Both the position numbers and the translations under genes were made by a program. The notes under the pieces were generated by a model. The model saw only the letters and a program-made list of their open reading frames with translations. It did no database searches and had not been told where the DNA came from. From Candidatus Nanoarchaeia archaeon (GTDB lineage: Archaea; Nanobdellota; Nanobdellia; SCGC-AAA011-G17; JAFCDX01), in assembly GCA_028716945.1 (NCBI GenBank), contig JAQUOT010000001.1:187927-251926 (forward strand): a DNA stretch of 64,000 nt, given 5' to 3'. Positions within the stretch are counted from its first letter, which is position 1, and the number at the start of each line of letters is the position of its first letter. Positions 1 through 9,178 of the stretch are shown one piece after another.

Positions 1-1146
1 GTGCACAAAAATTCCACTATACGGATTAAAATTTATAATTTGACTATAATAATAATTTCCAGAATTATCACCTGCCTCATCAACCCAAGTTTCTTTTTTT
101 AATAATCTTTTTAATTCTAAAGAAGTAATTGTAGGTTTGATATTAAATAATGATTTTCCAAGAGTTAATTTATTTTGAGGAGTTTCAATTAAATAAGAAT
201 CATCACAAATTTTGTTTCCTGTTTGAACATTATCAAGAGTAGAAATACATTCTACTTTTTTAGTTAAGGTTATACTATTTGTTCCTATATTTAATACTAA
301 TTTTGAATCTATATCTTGTATTGTTGTGGGTACATTTGGTGTAAAAGCTATATTTGAATATTCATCTCCAACACTTAAAATTTTAATATTTATTTTTTTA
401 GTATTCCAATTTACTTTTGTTATCATAAATTTATCCATTTTATTTTCATGACAAGATTCGAAACAAACTCCTACAGGTGTTGAAATAGCTACTCCTTTAC
501 CAGAAGATTCTAATAATGCAGTACAAGAAGTTAGACTTGAAATTTTACAAGCACCATTTTCACAACCATTTGGACAAGTATAATAATCCCAAGCAACATT
601 TCCTCCAGAACAATAAGCTTCTGCTAAACGATTTGGATATAAAATTTGATCAGAACAACCATCATAATAAACTGCTCCCAAAGTATCTTTAACATTTCCA
701 GCAGTAAAATAATCTTTTTCATTATCAGAATCTACACAAGTATTAGCTGCAGATGTTGATAATGTAACACATTTTCCTCCAACACATTTTTTATTATATT
801 GAGAACAATCTACTTCAGCAAAATTAGAATTAATACTTTTACAATACCCTTCTATTAAAATATTGGTGTTATCTCCATATTTACAATAATCCCATCCAGT
901 AGTAGACGTAAATAAATTAGTTCCCAAACCATTTTTTGCATCGATTTTACCTTGAACATCTAAATTCCAATAACTAGAACTAGAACCATCTGATTTTATA
1001 CATGAATAAGTAGAAGCTTCTAAAGTTCTTGTATTATCTGAATTTGTTCCAAATAAATTAGTTAAAAAATTATTTATTGAAAAAGCAAATACAATTGGAG
1101 TTACTAAGATTAATAATAAAGAAAGTACAATCAAGCTCTTTTTCAT
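1..1146 (-). CDS. Giant Cys-rich secreted surface protein, N-terminal part (gene continues past window start); paralogue of 1187..3832
   Basis: Minus-strand ATG at 1144-1146. First about 61 codons and upstream 36 bp are identical to the 1187..3832 gene. Translation MKKSLIVLSLLLILVTPIVFAFS... is a signal peptide, followed by a 6-Cys domain (...CVDSDNEKDY...YYDGC...LAEAYCSGG...YTCPNGCENGAC) at about 558-760. Confidence 0.5.
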   Translation of the reverse strand, partial: MKKSLIVLSLLLILVTPIVFAFSINNFLTNLFGTNSDNTRTLEASTYSCIKSDGSSSSYWNLDVQGKIDAKNGLGTNLFTSTTGWDYCKYGDNTNILIEGYCKSINSNFAEVDCSQYNKKCVGGKCVTLSTSAANTCVDSDNEKDYFTAGNVKDTLGAVYYDGCSDQILYPNRLAEAYCSGGNVAWDYYTCPNGCENGACKISSLTSCTALLESSGKGVAISTPVGVCFESCHENKMDKFMITKVNWNTKKINIKILSVGDEYSNIAFTPNVPTTIQDIDSKLVLNIGTNSITLTKKVECISTLDNVQTGNKICDDSYLIETPQNKLTLGKSLFNIKPTITSLELKRLLKKETWVDEAGDNSGNYYYSQIINFNPYSGIFVH

Positions 1147-1182
1147 ATAAATAATATTAAAATTTATATATTTAAATCTTTT
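963..1182 (-). repeat. About 220-bp direct repeat, copy A (100% identical to 3647..3868): promoter plus signal peptide plus first about 60 codons
   Basis: Base-by-base comparison of 963-1182 with 3647-3868 shows identity, with sharp divergence on both sides. Confidence 0.85.
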
Positions 1183-1186
1183 GTTT

Positions 1187-3832
1187 TTATTTTTTAGAAG
1201 AAAGTTCAAGTCTAGCTTTTTGTTGGTTTCTTATTTTTTTGAAAATATAATCTAATTGGTTTTTCTTCCAACCTTTTTTAACCAAAGCATCTTTAATATC
1301 AATTTCAGATTTTTTATCTGCCAATTGTTTTTTAACATATGCTTCTAATTTTATTTCTTGTTCTTTATTTGAAATTGGAGATCCTCTTTTTATTATATAA
1401 TATTGCCAATATATGAAAACTCCAACAATTACAACTACTACAAATAATATTATTAAAATATACCATGGGAAACTTGATCCACAATCGGCCTTACACCATC
1501 CCTCTTCTAATGGATGACATACTCCATCTCCACATTGATATTCTGGTTCTTCAGTTATTTCTGTTTTAGTTGTAATAGAACATTGTTCTGAAGTAGAACT
1601 TAACTGATTTCCTGTGGTTGTATCATAAGTATAAACTGTTCTTGTTCCTATTCCATCTCCTTCGGGATCTATACAATCTCCTAATCTCTGTTCGTAAGAA
1701 CTTTGACTAGCCATAACAGAAGTTATTATACTACAAATTCCACCAATACAACATTTAACTGAATCTGATGAAGCTACAGAAATAAATTGTCCGGTTGTTC
1801 CAGTACATTGTTGATTTTCTAAACATATTTGTCCATCTAAATTATTACAAGTATAATCAGAATAATCTATTGTAAGTTCTTTACATTGCCCAGTACTAAG
1901 ATCTCTTGATTGACAAGACACACATTCTTCATCTTCTAAAGTACAAGTAGTAGTACAACTTGGATCACATGCATCTCCTTTCCCATCATTATCACAATCT
2001 GCTTGATCCTCATTATAAATGTATATGCAATTATCTTCATCATCACAAATTCCATCTTCATCATAATCATCTTCACATTCTAAGCAAGCAGCATTAGATA
2101 CACAAGCACTATCTGCACAATCTGTTAATCCATTACAATTATTATCAATATTATCAGTACAACTAGTTTCTGATTGAGCACAAGAAGAAGGGGTACATCC
2201 TCCATTATTACATCCATACCCATATGTTTGACAATCAACAACTAAAGTCCATACATTATTTTTACATTCTTGTACATTAGTTCCTAAACATCTTAACTGA
2301 TTTTCTTGACAAACAGCAGCTATACAACTTGTAGCAGATGTACAACAATTTAAACAATCACTTACTCCAGTTATAAGACTAGAACATGTTTGTCCAGATG
2401 TACAACAAACACCATTTTTTTGAGCACAAGTTTGTGAATTAGAAGAAGTAGTACCACATTGATTAGCAGTGCCTGCACCACCACAAGTTTCAGCAGCACT
2501 AACATTACAAGTTAATGTCCCTGTTTTAGATAGATTAGTTCCACAATTTGTTGAAACAATTTTATTTCCACAAAACGAACTTAGGTCTGGAGTAAATATA
2601 ATGGGAGTACATCCACTTCCTCCTACGCCTGCAGCACCACTAACAGTACAACTTTTAATTAATGAAAATTGATTAGTACATGCAGCATCTGTACAATATT
2701 GTTGCCCACCTATACCGGGATTAAAAACTTGACAAATAGACCAAGTTGAACAAGTTGATGTTGTACAAACTCCTTTAGATCCACTTCCTCCTGAAGAAGA
2801 AATATTTGAACTATTAATTTTTTTACAAAGGGTACCAATATCTCCTATATCTCCAACATTACATTTTGAATTTGGTACATATGTTGTACAATTATAAGTA
2901 GTATTTACCCACCTTGTTCCTCCACAATAATAAAAATTTCCAGAGGTACATAAATATTTTCCCCTCATACCAGCAGTACAATTTATTCCATTAAAGTTAA
3001 TTTGAGAAGTATCTCCACAAGTTTTAGCAGTAAATACTACTTTATTTGACAAAGCTCCATTCCATACCCAAACAACATATTTTTGTCCAGGTTCTAAAAC
3101 ATAACTTGGAGATAAGGGTTGTACATTTCCAGCTACATCTCCAGAACCGGTTAATTTTATATTAAACTCATTAAGTGTAAAGGTTTCGGTTGCTTTTGAT
3201 GTATCTTTTACTTCTATAGCATAATAGGTTGATGTAGAAGGATCTGCATTACTTATTTCTCCTTTAAAAACATCAATACTATAAGTTCCACTACTAGGAA
3301 CACTTCCACCACTAAAAGTTATATTTACTTTTGATTTAGTTCCTTCACAAGAAGTTGTAATAGTTGAAGATAAAGTTACGGGGGTTATTATACTTCCTGC
3401 TCCACCCGAAGTTGTGGGTGTAACACATTTTCCACTGCTACATATTTTACCATAATCAGAACAATCTATTTTTCCAATATAAAATGAATTTACAGTATTT
3501 CCACAATACCATTCTCCTAAAAGAGTACCTGTAGTATCTTGTCCAATATCTTTAAGACAATAATCAGAACCTACTACTTGGGTTGTAGAGCTAGAACCAA
3601 TCGCAGAAGTAGTTAATGTAATTTTACTAATTTTACCTTGGATATTATAATTCCAATAACTAGAACTAGAACCATCTGATTTTATACATGAATAAGTAGA
3701 AGCTTCTAAAGTTCTTGTATTATCTGAATTTGTTCCAAATAAATTAGTTAAAAAATTATTTATTGAAAAAGCAAATACAATTGGAGTTACTAAGATTAAT
3801 AATAAAGAAAGTACAATCAAGCTCTTTTTCAT
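1187..3832 (-). CDS. Giant Cys-rich surface protein (signal peptide, many Cys-rich and beta-rich repeats, C-terminal TM helix, short basic cytoplasmic tail)
   Basis: ORF track 1187..3877. I moved the start to Met-16 (ATG 3830-3832) because everything upstream is the conserved promoter shared with the copy at 1146. C-terminus has the TM helix FPWYILIILFVVVVIVGVFIYW plus a lysine-rich tail. Confidence 0.6.
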   Translation of the reverse strand: MKKSLIVLSLLLILVTPIVFAFSINNFLTNLFGTNSDNTRTLEASTYSCIKSDGSSSSYWNYNIQGKISKITLTTSAIGSSSTTQVVGSDYCLKDIGQDTTGTLLGEWYCGNTVNSFYIGKIDCSDYGKICSSGKCVTPTTSGGAGSIITPVTLSSTITTSCEGTKSKVNITFSGGSVPSSGTYSIDVFKGEISNADPSTSTYYAIEVKDTSKATETFTLNEFNIKLTGSGDVAGNVQPLSPSYVLEPGQKYVVWVWNGALSNKVVFTAKTCGDTSQINFNGINCTAGMRGKYLCTSGNFYYCGGTRWVNTTYNCTTYVPNSKCNVGDIGDIGTLCKKINSSNISSSGGSGSKGVCTTSTCSTWSICQVFNPGIGGQQYCTDAACTNQFSLIKSCTVSGAAGVGGSGCTPIIFTPDLSSFCGNKIVSTNCGTNLSKTGTLTCNVSAAETCGGAGTANQCGTTSSNSQTCAQKNGVCCTSGQTCSSLITGVSDCLNCCTSATSCIAAVCQENQLRCLGTNVQECKNNVWTLVVDCQTYGYGCNNGGCTPSSCAQSETSCTDNIDNNCNGLTDCADSACVSNAACLECEDDYDEDGICDDEDNCIYIYNEDQADCDNDGKGDACDPSCTTTCTLEDEECVSCQSRDLSTGQCKELTIDYSDYTCNNLDGQICLENQQCTGTTGQFISVASSDSVKCCIGGICSIITSVMASQSSYEQRLGDCIDPEGDGIGTRTVYTYDTTTGNQLSSTSEQCSITTKTEITEEPEYQCGDGVCHPLEEGWCKADCGSSFPWYILIILFVVVVIVGVFIYWQYYIIKRGSPISNKEQEIKLEAYVKKQLADKKSEIDIKDALVKKGWKKNQLDYIFKKIRNQQKARLELSSKK

Positions 3833-3868
3833 ATAAATAATATTAAAATTTATATATTTAAATCTTTT
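3647..3868 (-). repeat. About 220-bp direct repeat, copy B (promoter and signal-peptide cassette)
   Basis: Identical to 963..1182. Confidence 0.85.
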
Positions 3869-3873
3869 TATTT

Positions 3874-5895
3874 TCAAAATAAAGGTTTTATTCTGGTTTC
3901 TTTCAAAGCTTCCTTAATTTGTTCCTCTTTCCACCCTTTTATTCTTAAAGAACTTATAATTTGTTCTTTTGGAATACCTTGATTTATTTTAACTTGAATA
4001 TAATTTGATAATCTTGCTAAACTTAATTCTTTTTCAATATCGGATTGTGGCCAACCTGCTCTTTCTAATTCCTCTTTTATATTCTTCAAAGGAACTTTTG
4101 CATTTAAAGATTTTTGAATATATTCTTTCATTTTTTCAACATTAACAGGTCTTACTTTTATTGTAGGTTCTTGTTTTATTTCTTTTACAAAAGTTTGAGG
4201 AGCAACTTCTTTTGGTTGAACTATCGGACTTGATTCTTCAACAACTGCTCTTTTTCTTTGTACATAAGTATAAATTATAATTACTAAAATCATAATGAAA
4301 ACTATTCCAGAAATTAAACTTACTCCAATAAGCACCTTATTTGATTTATTTTCAAGATTAGTGTTAGTACCTAAATTAACATTTGTAGTTGTTCCTGCTA
4401 AAACAGTAGAAGTACAAGAAATAGAACAGCAAATTCCTGATCCCGAATGTAATAAAGTAGAACTACTACAAGTTTGATTACTTCCACAAACATAACCATT
4501 TTCTAAAGAGCAAGAACAATCTGAATCTCCTCCAACGCAAGATATAGAACAACCATCATTTATTCCACAAGTAGAACCAGTACAAGATTCATTAATTGCA
4601 GGTCTTCCTGTTAAAGTTCCACAATTATTTTCATCAATACAAGTTCTTGTTCTTACATTATTAACACAAGAAGTCCAATTTGTACAATTCCAAGTTTCAG
4701 AACAGGAAGAAGTAGAATTTGTAATATTAATTAAGAATAAATTACCAACAACATACAATCCTAAACTATCATTAGCACTAAATCTTATTAAATTGGTTCC
4801 AGTCCAGTTTGCTTTTGGAACAAATTCTGCTTCATCATTAGAATTTATAAAAATAGAAATAGAATTATTTCCGGTGAAATTATAAATTAATTTTTGTCCA
4901 TCTGGTTCTGAGAAATAATCCTCTAATTCTAAACTATCATTGGTATTTTTTCTCCAAGACATATTATCAAAATTATCTTTTAATATAGGAGGAGAATTTA
5001 ACATATCAATACTGCTTGAATTTACATAAGTTCCTTTAATCGTATCGTTAGCACTAATAGTACATGTCCATTCATCTATATGACTTTCAGTTATCTGTAC
5101 AGAAATATTACAAGATTTTCCATTTACCCAAGAATCTCCAGAACAAGATACATCTCCAGATTTAAATGGACTAGCAAAATTAGTTTCATTCCACAAAATG
5201 TATTTAACATTAACAGTACTACTATCCGTATCTTTAACAATAGAAGAACAATTTACATAATCTTTTACTCTAAACTTATTTGAACCAGTTAAATTAGTAA
5301 AAGAAACATCTGTTATTGTAGGAGGATTAGTTGTTACAGGAGCAGAAACTGTAAAACTTTTTGTATCTGAAATTAAAACATCTGCACTGTAATTTAAAAT
5401 GAATTCTAAAGTATAAGTTCCAGCACTTAAGGCAGATAATCCAGAAAAAGCAGATATAGGAGTACTTACAGTAACTTCAGAAAGCGTTGAAAATGCTCTT
5501 CCAGGTTGTTCAGGATTTTCCCAAGCCCAATCAGGACTATCATGACTTCCATCTTTAAAAATTTGACCATCAATACAATTTTTTGGATTTGCATTTGAGT
5601 TAGTTAAAAAATTTTCTAAAGTTAGAGTACTACGTTGTATAACTTGGTCTCCAGAATCTTTTATACCTATATAAACATTTGAAGACCCATTACAAGGAAT
5701 AACATCGCCTGCTAAAAATTTTATTGAAATATCTCCAGTTAATGATTGCCCTGCAGTTATAGTATCTAAATCAATATTATCTTTAACAACGTTTCCAGTA
5801 ATAGATGGCTTCATTAACATAAAAACTAAAAATGAGAATACAAATATTGCAAATATAAAAACGCTCAATTCTCTATCTTTTTTAATATGTACCAC
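3874..5895 (-). CDS. Large surface protein: signal anchor, Ig/PKD-like beta domains, Cys-rich stalk, TM helix, cytoplasmic tail with repeated K-G-W-x-x-Q motif
   Basis: 673-aa ORF. N-terminal hydrophobic segment; C-terminal Cys-rich region (CSETWNCTNWTSC...), then TM helix VLIGVSLISGIVFIMILVIIIY and a tail carrying ...RAGWPQSDIEKEL... and ...RIKGWKEEQIKEAL... Confidence 0.55.
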   Translation of the reverse strand: MVHIKKDRELSVFIFAIFVFSFLVFMLMKPSITGNVVKDNIDLDTITAGQSLTGDISIKFLAGDVIPCNGSSNVYIGIKDSGDQVIQRSTLTLENFLTNSNANPKNCIDGQIFKDGSHDSPDWAWENPEQPGRAFSTLSEVTVSTPISAFSGLSALSAGTYTLEFILNYSADVLISDTKSFTVSAPVTTNPPTITDVSFTNLTGSNKFRVKDYVNCSSIVKDTDSSTVNVKYILWNETNFASPFKSGDVSCSGDSWVNGKSCNISVQITESHIDEWTCTISANDTIKGTYVNSSSIDMLNSPPILKDNFDNMSWRKNTNDSLELEDYFSEPDGQKLIYNFTGNNSISIFINSNDEAEFVPKANWTGTNLIRFSANDSLGLYVVGNLFLINITNSTSSCSETWNCTNWTSCVNNVRTRTCIDENNCGTLTGRPAINESCTGSTCGINDGCSISCVGGDSDCSCSLENGYVCGSNQTCSSSTLLHSGSGICCSISCTSTVLAGTTTNVNLGTNTNLENKSNKVLIGVSLISGIVFIMILVIIIYTYVQRKRAVVEESSPIVQPKEVAPQTFVKEIKQEPTIKVRPVNVEKMKEYIQKSLNAKVPLKNIKEELERAGWPQSDIEKELSLARLSNYIQVKINQGIPKEQIISSLRIKGWKEEQIKEALKETRIKPLF

Positions 5896-5934
5896 CTCTC
5901 CTTATATTTAATAACAATAAGCGGTATATAAAAT

Positions 5935-6486
5935 TTATTCTTTATGCTCTTTTATGATTTCTGCTTGAAATTTGTATATTTTTACAAATTTGTCCTTCCA
6001 AAAGTTCTCTGACAACCCTGCTTTATAACATAAGGAATCCAAAAACTCAGTCAAATTCATTTTATGTTCAATAGGAACTTGGGGCAATAACAATCCTTTT
6101 CTTCCCAAATATTCTATAATTAATCCATCTTTTCCAAGTTTTATTTTCTTCAAATATTCTTCTGGAGTTTTTACTTTGATTAATTTAGGAATTGTTAATA
6201 TTGAAATTTCTATGGAAAACTTTTCTCCTTGTTTTAAAGATTCAAATCTATTATCAGAGAATGCAGCAAATCTCGCGGCTTCTGCAATGCTTTTTCCAAG
6301 AATATTATAAGGTTCAATAAAACCAATACACCCTTTTAATTTTCTTTTGGAATATAAAGTAACAAAAACACCTTTTTTTTCTTTGAATTTATTTAATTCT
6401 TTTTCATCAATTTCCTTACCAGAAAAATAAGTTTCTATGGATTTTCTAGCTAACTCTAATAATTTCTTAGCTTGCAATTTATTCAT
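5935..6486 (-). CDS. AMMECR1-domain protein
   Basis: 183 aa with the conserved ...KLKGCIGFIEP... core typical of the AMMECR1 family. Confidence 0.6.
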   Translation of the reverse strand: MNKLQAKKLLELARKSIETYFSGKEIDEKELNKFKEKKGVFVTLYSKRKLKGCIGFIEPYNILGKSIAEAARFAAFSDNRFESLKQGEKFSIEISILTIPKLIKVKTPEEYLKKIKLGKDGLIIEYLGRKGLLLPQVPIEHKMNLTEFLDSLCYKAGLSENFWKDKFVKIYKFQAEIIKEHKE

Positions 6487-6508
6487 ACAAAATTAAAGAA
6501 TTACAAAT

Positions 6509-6766
6509 TTATAATCTTTTAGATTCTTTTCTTAATTCATCTACTATTTTCTTAAGCGAAGAAATAGTGCTTGTTAATGATTTTTTAGGATCTTTGCTTT
6601 CTACTATAAATACTGGACTACTAGTTAAAGGATGTTCTACTTTATAACCTGCTATATCCGAATTTTTAGTTAATTCTTTTCTTAAAACATTACAAAGAGT
6701 ATGATTTTCTCCTTTGATTTCAAATTTTAACTTTGTTTTTGTTTGTTCTAAAATATTGAGTTCCAT
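6509..6766 (-). CDS. rpoL: DNA-directed RNA polymerase subunit L (Rpo11)
   Basis: 85 aa. ...GENHTLCNVLRKEL...AGYKVEHPL... matches the Rpo11/RpoL signature (HTLGNxLR...Y..HPL). Confidence 0.6.
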   Translation of the reverse strand: MELNILEQTKTKLKFEIKGENHTLCNVLRKELTKNSDIAGYKVEHPLTSSPVFIVESKDPKKSLTSTISSLKKIVDELRKESKRL

Positions 6767-6805
6767 TTTTCTTTTAATATATGTAATTCAGTATATAGTT
6801 CTTTT

Positions 6806-7282
6806 TTAAACCTTTCGTTTCTCTTTTATATTTAACAAATCCCCTATTTTTAAAGTACCATCTTTTAAATTTAAACTAGGTTTATGGGTTTCAGGATTGA
6901 CATAATATGCCTTAAAAGTGTCTATCAATTTTATACTTAATATTTTCTCTATATTTTTAGCCATTCTAAAAGTAGGTACTAATTTATTGGATTCTAAATT
7001 TCTAATAGTAATAATTCTATCATACATTTTATTTGCTAAATCTTCTTCTGTCCAGTTTAATTTTAATCTAGCATTTTTAATTCTTGAAGAGAAATCAGGA
7101 ACAATCATTTCATTTTCTTCTTCTTTTTGTAATTCCAGAATTTTTTCTTCTATTTCTTTTGGTTTTATTTCAACAGCTTTTCCAAGAGCAATACAATTAG
7201 AACAAGCTTTAATTAAAACTCCTTCAAAAATAGCTTCTCTTGTTTCGCATTCCTTTTTATTACAAACTGCACAATTATTCAT
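6806..7282 (-). CDS. mbf1: Archaeal multiprotein bridging factor 1 (Zn-ribbon plus XRE-type HTH)
   Basis: N-terminal C-x2-C...C-x2-C (CAVCNKKEC...CSNC), then an HTH segment IKNARLKLNWTEEDLANKM. Confidence 0.5.
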   Translation of the reverse strand: MNNCAVCNKKECETREAIFEGVLIKACSNCIALGKAVEIKPKEIEEKILELQKEEENEMIVPDFSSRIKNARLKLNWTEEDLANKMYDRIITIRNLESNKLVPTFRMAKNIEKILSIKLIDTFKAYYVNPETHKPSLNLKDGTLKIGDLLNIKEKRKV

Positions 7283-7949
7283 TTTTTACAAGAGCAAATA
7301 CTTCTCCAACGCTTGTAAAACCTTCTTTTTTATCTTTATTATTTACTATTATTGTTGGTGCTTTTGTAATATTATAATAATTCTTTACTAAATTCAAAGT
7401 TGGCTCATCAAATTGTCTATCTATAGAAAATATCTTAATATTAATATCTTGTCTATTTGCTAAATTATCTAAAACATAACCCTGCTTTATTGAATTATCC
7501 TCTTCCAAATCATAAAAATATAAAATAATATTTTGTTTATTATCACATTTTTTATTATAATCTATGAAAAGAGAATAAGCCCTTATTTCAAGTAAAAAAT
7601 ATTGTTCTCTTAATGAATCATATTCTTTTTCTTTTAATATATTTTTATCATCATATTCCATTAACCTCTGTCCTAAATCATATAAATTTCCAGAACTTGA
7701 AGAAAGTCTTTCTTTTATTAAATTACAATTTCCTATATCTAAGGATTCTAAGAATTGTTGCTCAACAAAAATGCTGATTATATCTAAATTATTTTGGTTT
7801 AAATTATAAGCAACATCACTTGTTCTTAAATCATCCCAAATTTTTGCAGTATAAAATCCTAATAGAAATATAGCTACAGTAATTACTAGCGCTGTTATGA
7901 AAATATCTTTTCTTATCTTTGGCATTTTACCATTTCCTCTTAGCCCCAA
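7275..7949 (-). CDS. Membrane-anchored hypothetical protein (N-terminal TM), last gene of the glycosyltransferase cluster
   Basis: 224 aa with a single N-terminal hydrophobic helix. Overlaps both neighbouring genes. Confidence 0.3.
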   Translation of the reverse strand: MGLRGNGKMPKIRKDIFITALVITVAIFLLGFYTAKIWDDLRTSDVAYNLNQNNLDIISIFVEQQFLESLDIGNCNLIKERLSSSSGNLYDLGQRLMEYDDKNILKEKEYDSLREQYFLLEIRAYSLFIDYNKKCDNKQNIILYFYDLEEDNSIKQGYVLDNLANRQDINIKIFSIDRQFDEPTLNLVKNYYNITKAPTIIVNNKDKKEGFTSVGEVFALVKNE

Positions 7950-9162
7950 AAGCCTCTAAAACAAAGGCATTCATCCATTGCAGACTCCTTAACATAGGAT
8001 ATAACAATAAATATATAAGGGTAATGAAATGGAATTTCCACCTCTGATTAAAGTATTTATGGGCATAGATATAGATATAAAAACCAAATATAAAACTAGC
8101 AATTACAGGAAACCATATTCTTATATCTAAGCTTAAAATAAAATCTTTTACAGATGGCCATTCTATTATAAAATCAAATATTCCAAATCCCAACGTAATT
8201 ATCTTTGTTAAGGTTGTATAAACATATCTTAAAAATTGATAAGCAAATAATAAAAATGAAAATAAAACCATTAACATTGTTGTAACATTCAAAGGTAATT
8301 GGAACAACCCAATTAAACCATAATTTTTGTTAAAGAACATTTTTTTATATTTCCAGTTGTTTGTGATAAAACCTCTGAACCATCTTACTCTTTGTTTCCA
8401 GAAAGCCCTTATATTCAAAGGTCCATTTGTATAATTAATACTCCTTGGTTCTATAATTACATTATATTTATTATACCTCAATTTTAATGCAACTTCTAAG
8501 TCTTCTGTTAGATTGTTTTTGTCAAAACCCCCTAATTTTTTAATTAAATCTGTTCTGTAAACCGTCATAACTCCATGAGTCATGTGTAATGCTCCGATTC
8601 TAGATATTAATTTTCTAACAAAACTAGATAGAATATATTCTAATCTTTGTATTCTACCTAAATAGTTTATATCATTATTTATTAAAACAGAACTAATTAC
8701 CGCACCAATCTCCGGATCTGAGAAATGATTTACAATTAATTTCAAAGAATTTTTATCTACAAAAGAATCTGAATCAACTCTTGCAAAAAATTCAGTATCA
8801 ATTTGTTGCAAGGCAGCATTCAATGTTCCTGCTGCATTTCCACTATTGATTTTGTTTTGAATTAATTTAATATTTTTATGTTTTTTACAATATTCTTTAA
8901 TAATTAAAGGAGTATTATCTGTAGAAGCATCATCTGCTACAATTATTTTTAATTTATCTTTCGGATAATCCAGATTAAGTATAGAATCTAAGGTTTTTGC
9001 TATATTTTTTTCTTCATTATATGCAGGAACGACTACAGTAACTTTTGGAATTTCTTTTAATGGCTGCGGTTCTTTTGGTTCTCCTAAACCAACTATAATT
9101 AACCAAAAGATAGATACATATAGTGAAATGAAACACAATATCCATATATATATTTCAAACAT
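7927..9162 (-). CDS. Family-2 glycosyltransferase, processive type (QxxRW motif) with C-terminal TM helices
   Basis: VVVPAYNEE...DDASTDNT (GT-A fold, DxD), RVDSDS, and QRVRWFRG (Q-x-x-R-W, hallmark of processive beta-glycan synthases), followed by multiple TM helices. Confidence 0.65.
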   Translation of the reverse strand: MFEIYIWILCFISLYVSIFWLIIVGLGEPKEPQPLKEIPKVTVVVPAYNEEKNIAKTLDSILNLDYPKDKLKIIVADDASTDNTPLIIKEYCKKHKNIKLIQNKINSGNAAGTLNAALQQIDTEFFARVDSDSFVDKNSLKLIVNHFSDPEIGAVISSVLINNDINYLGRIQRLEYILSSFVRKLISRIGALHMTHGVMTVYRTDLIKKLGGFDKNNLTEDLEVALKLRYNKYNVIIEPRSINYTNGPLNIRAFWKQRVRWFRGFITNNWKYKKMFFNKNYGLIGLFQLPLNVTTMLMVLFSFLLFAYQFLRYVYTTLTKIITLGFGIFDFIIEWPSVKDFILSLDIRIWFPVIASFIFGFYIYIYAHKYFNQRWKFHFITLIYLLLYPMLRSLQWMNAFVLEAFGAKRKW

Positions 9163-9178
9163 TTTAACCCCCTGAATA

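Noticed and set aside
3833-3877. First 15 codons of the ORF-track call 1187..3877 (MKIKRFKYINFNIIY)
   Set aside because: This stretch is the conserved promoter motif duplicated at 1162..1182 and 37861..37883. The signal peptide begins at Met-16 (MKKSLIVLS), which is also the start of the duplicated cassette at 1146.
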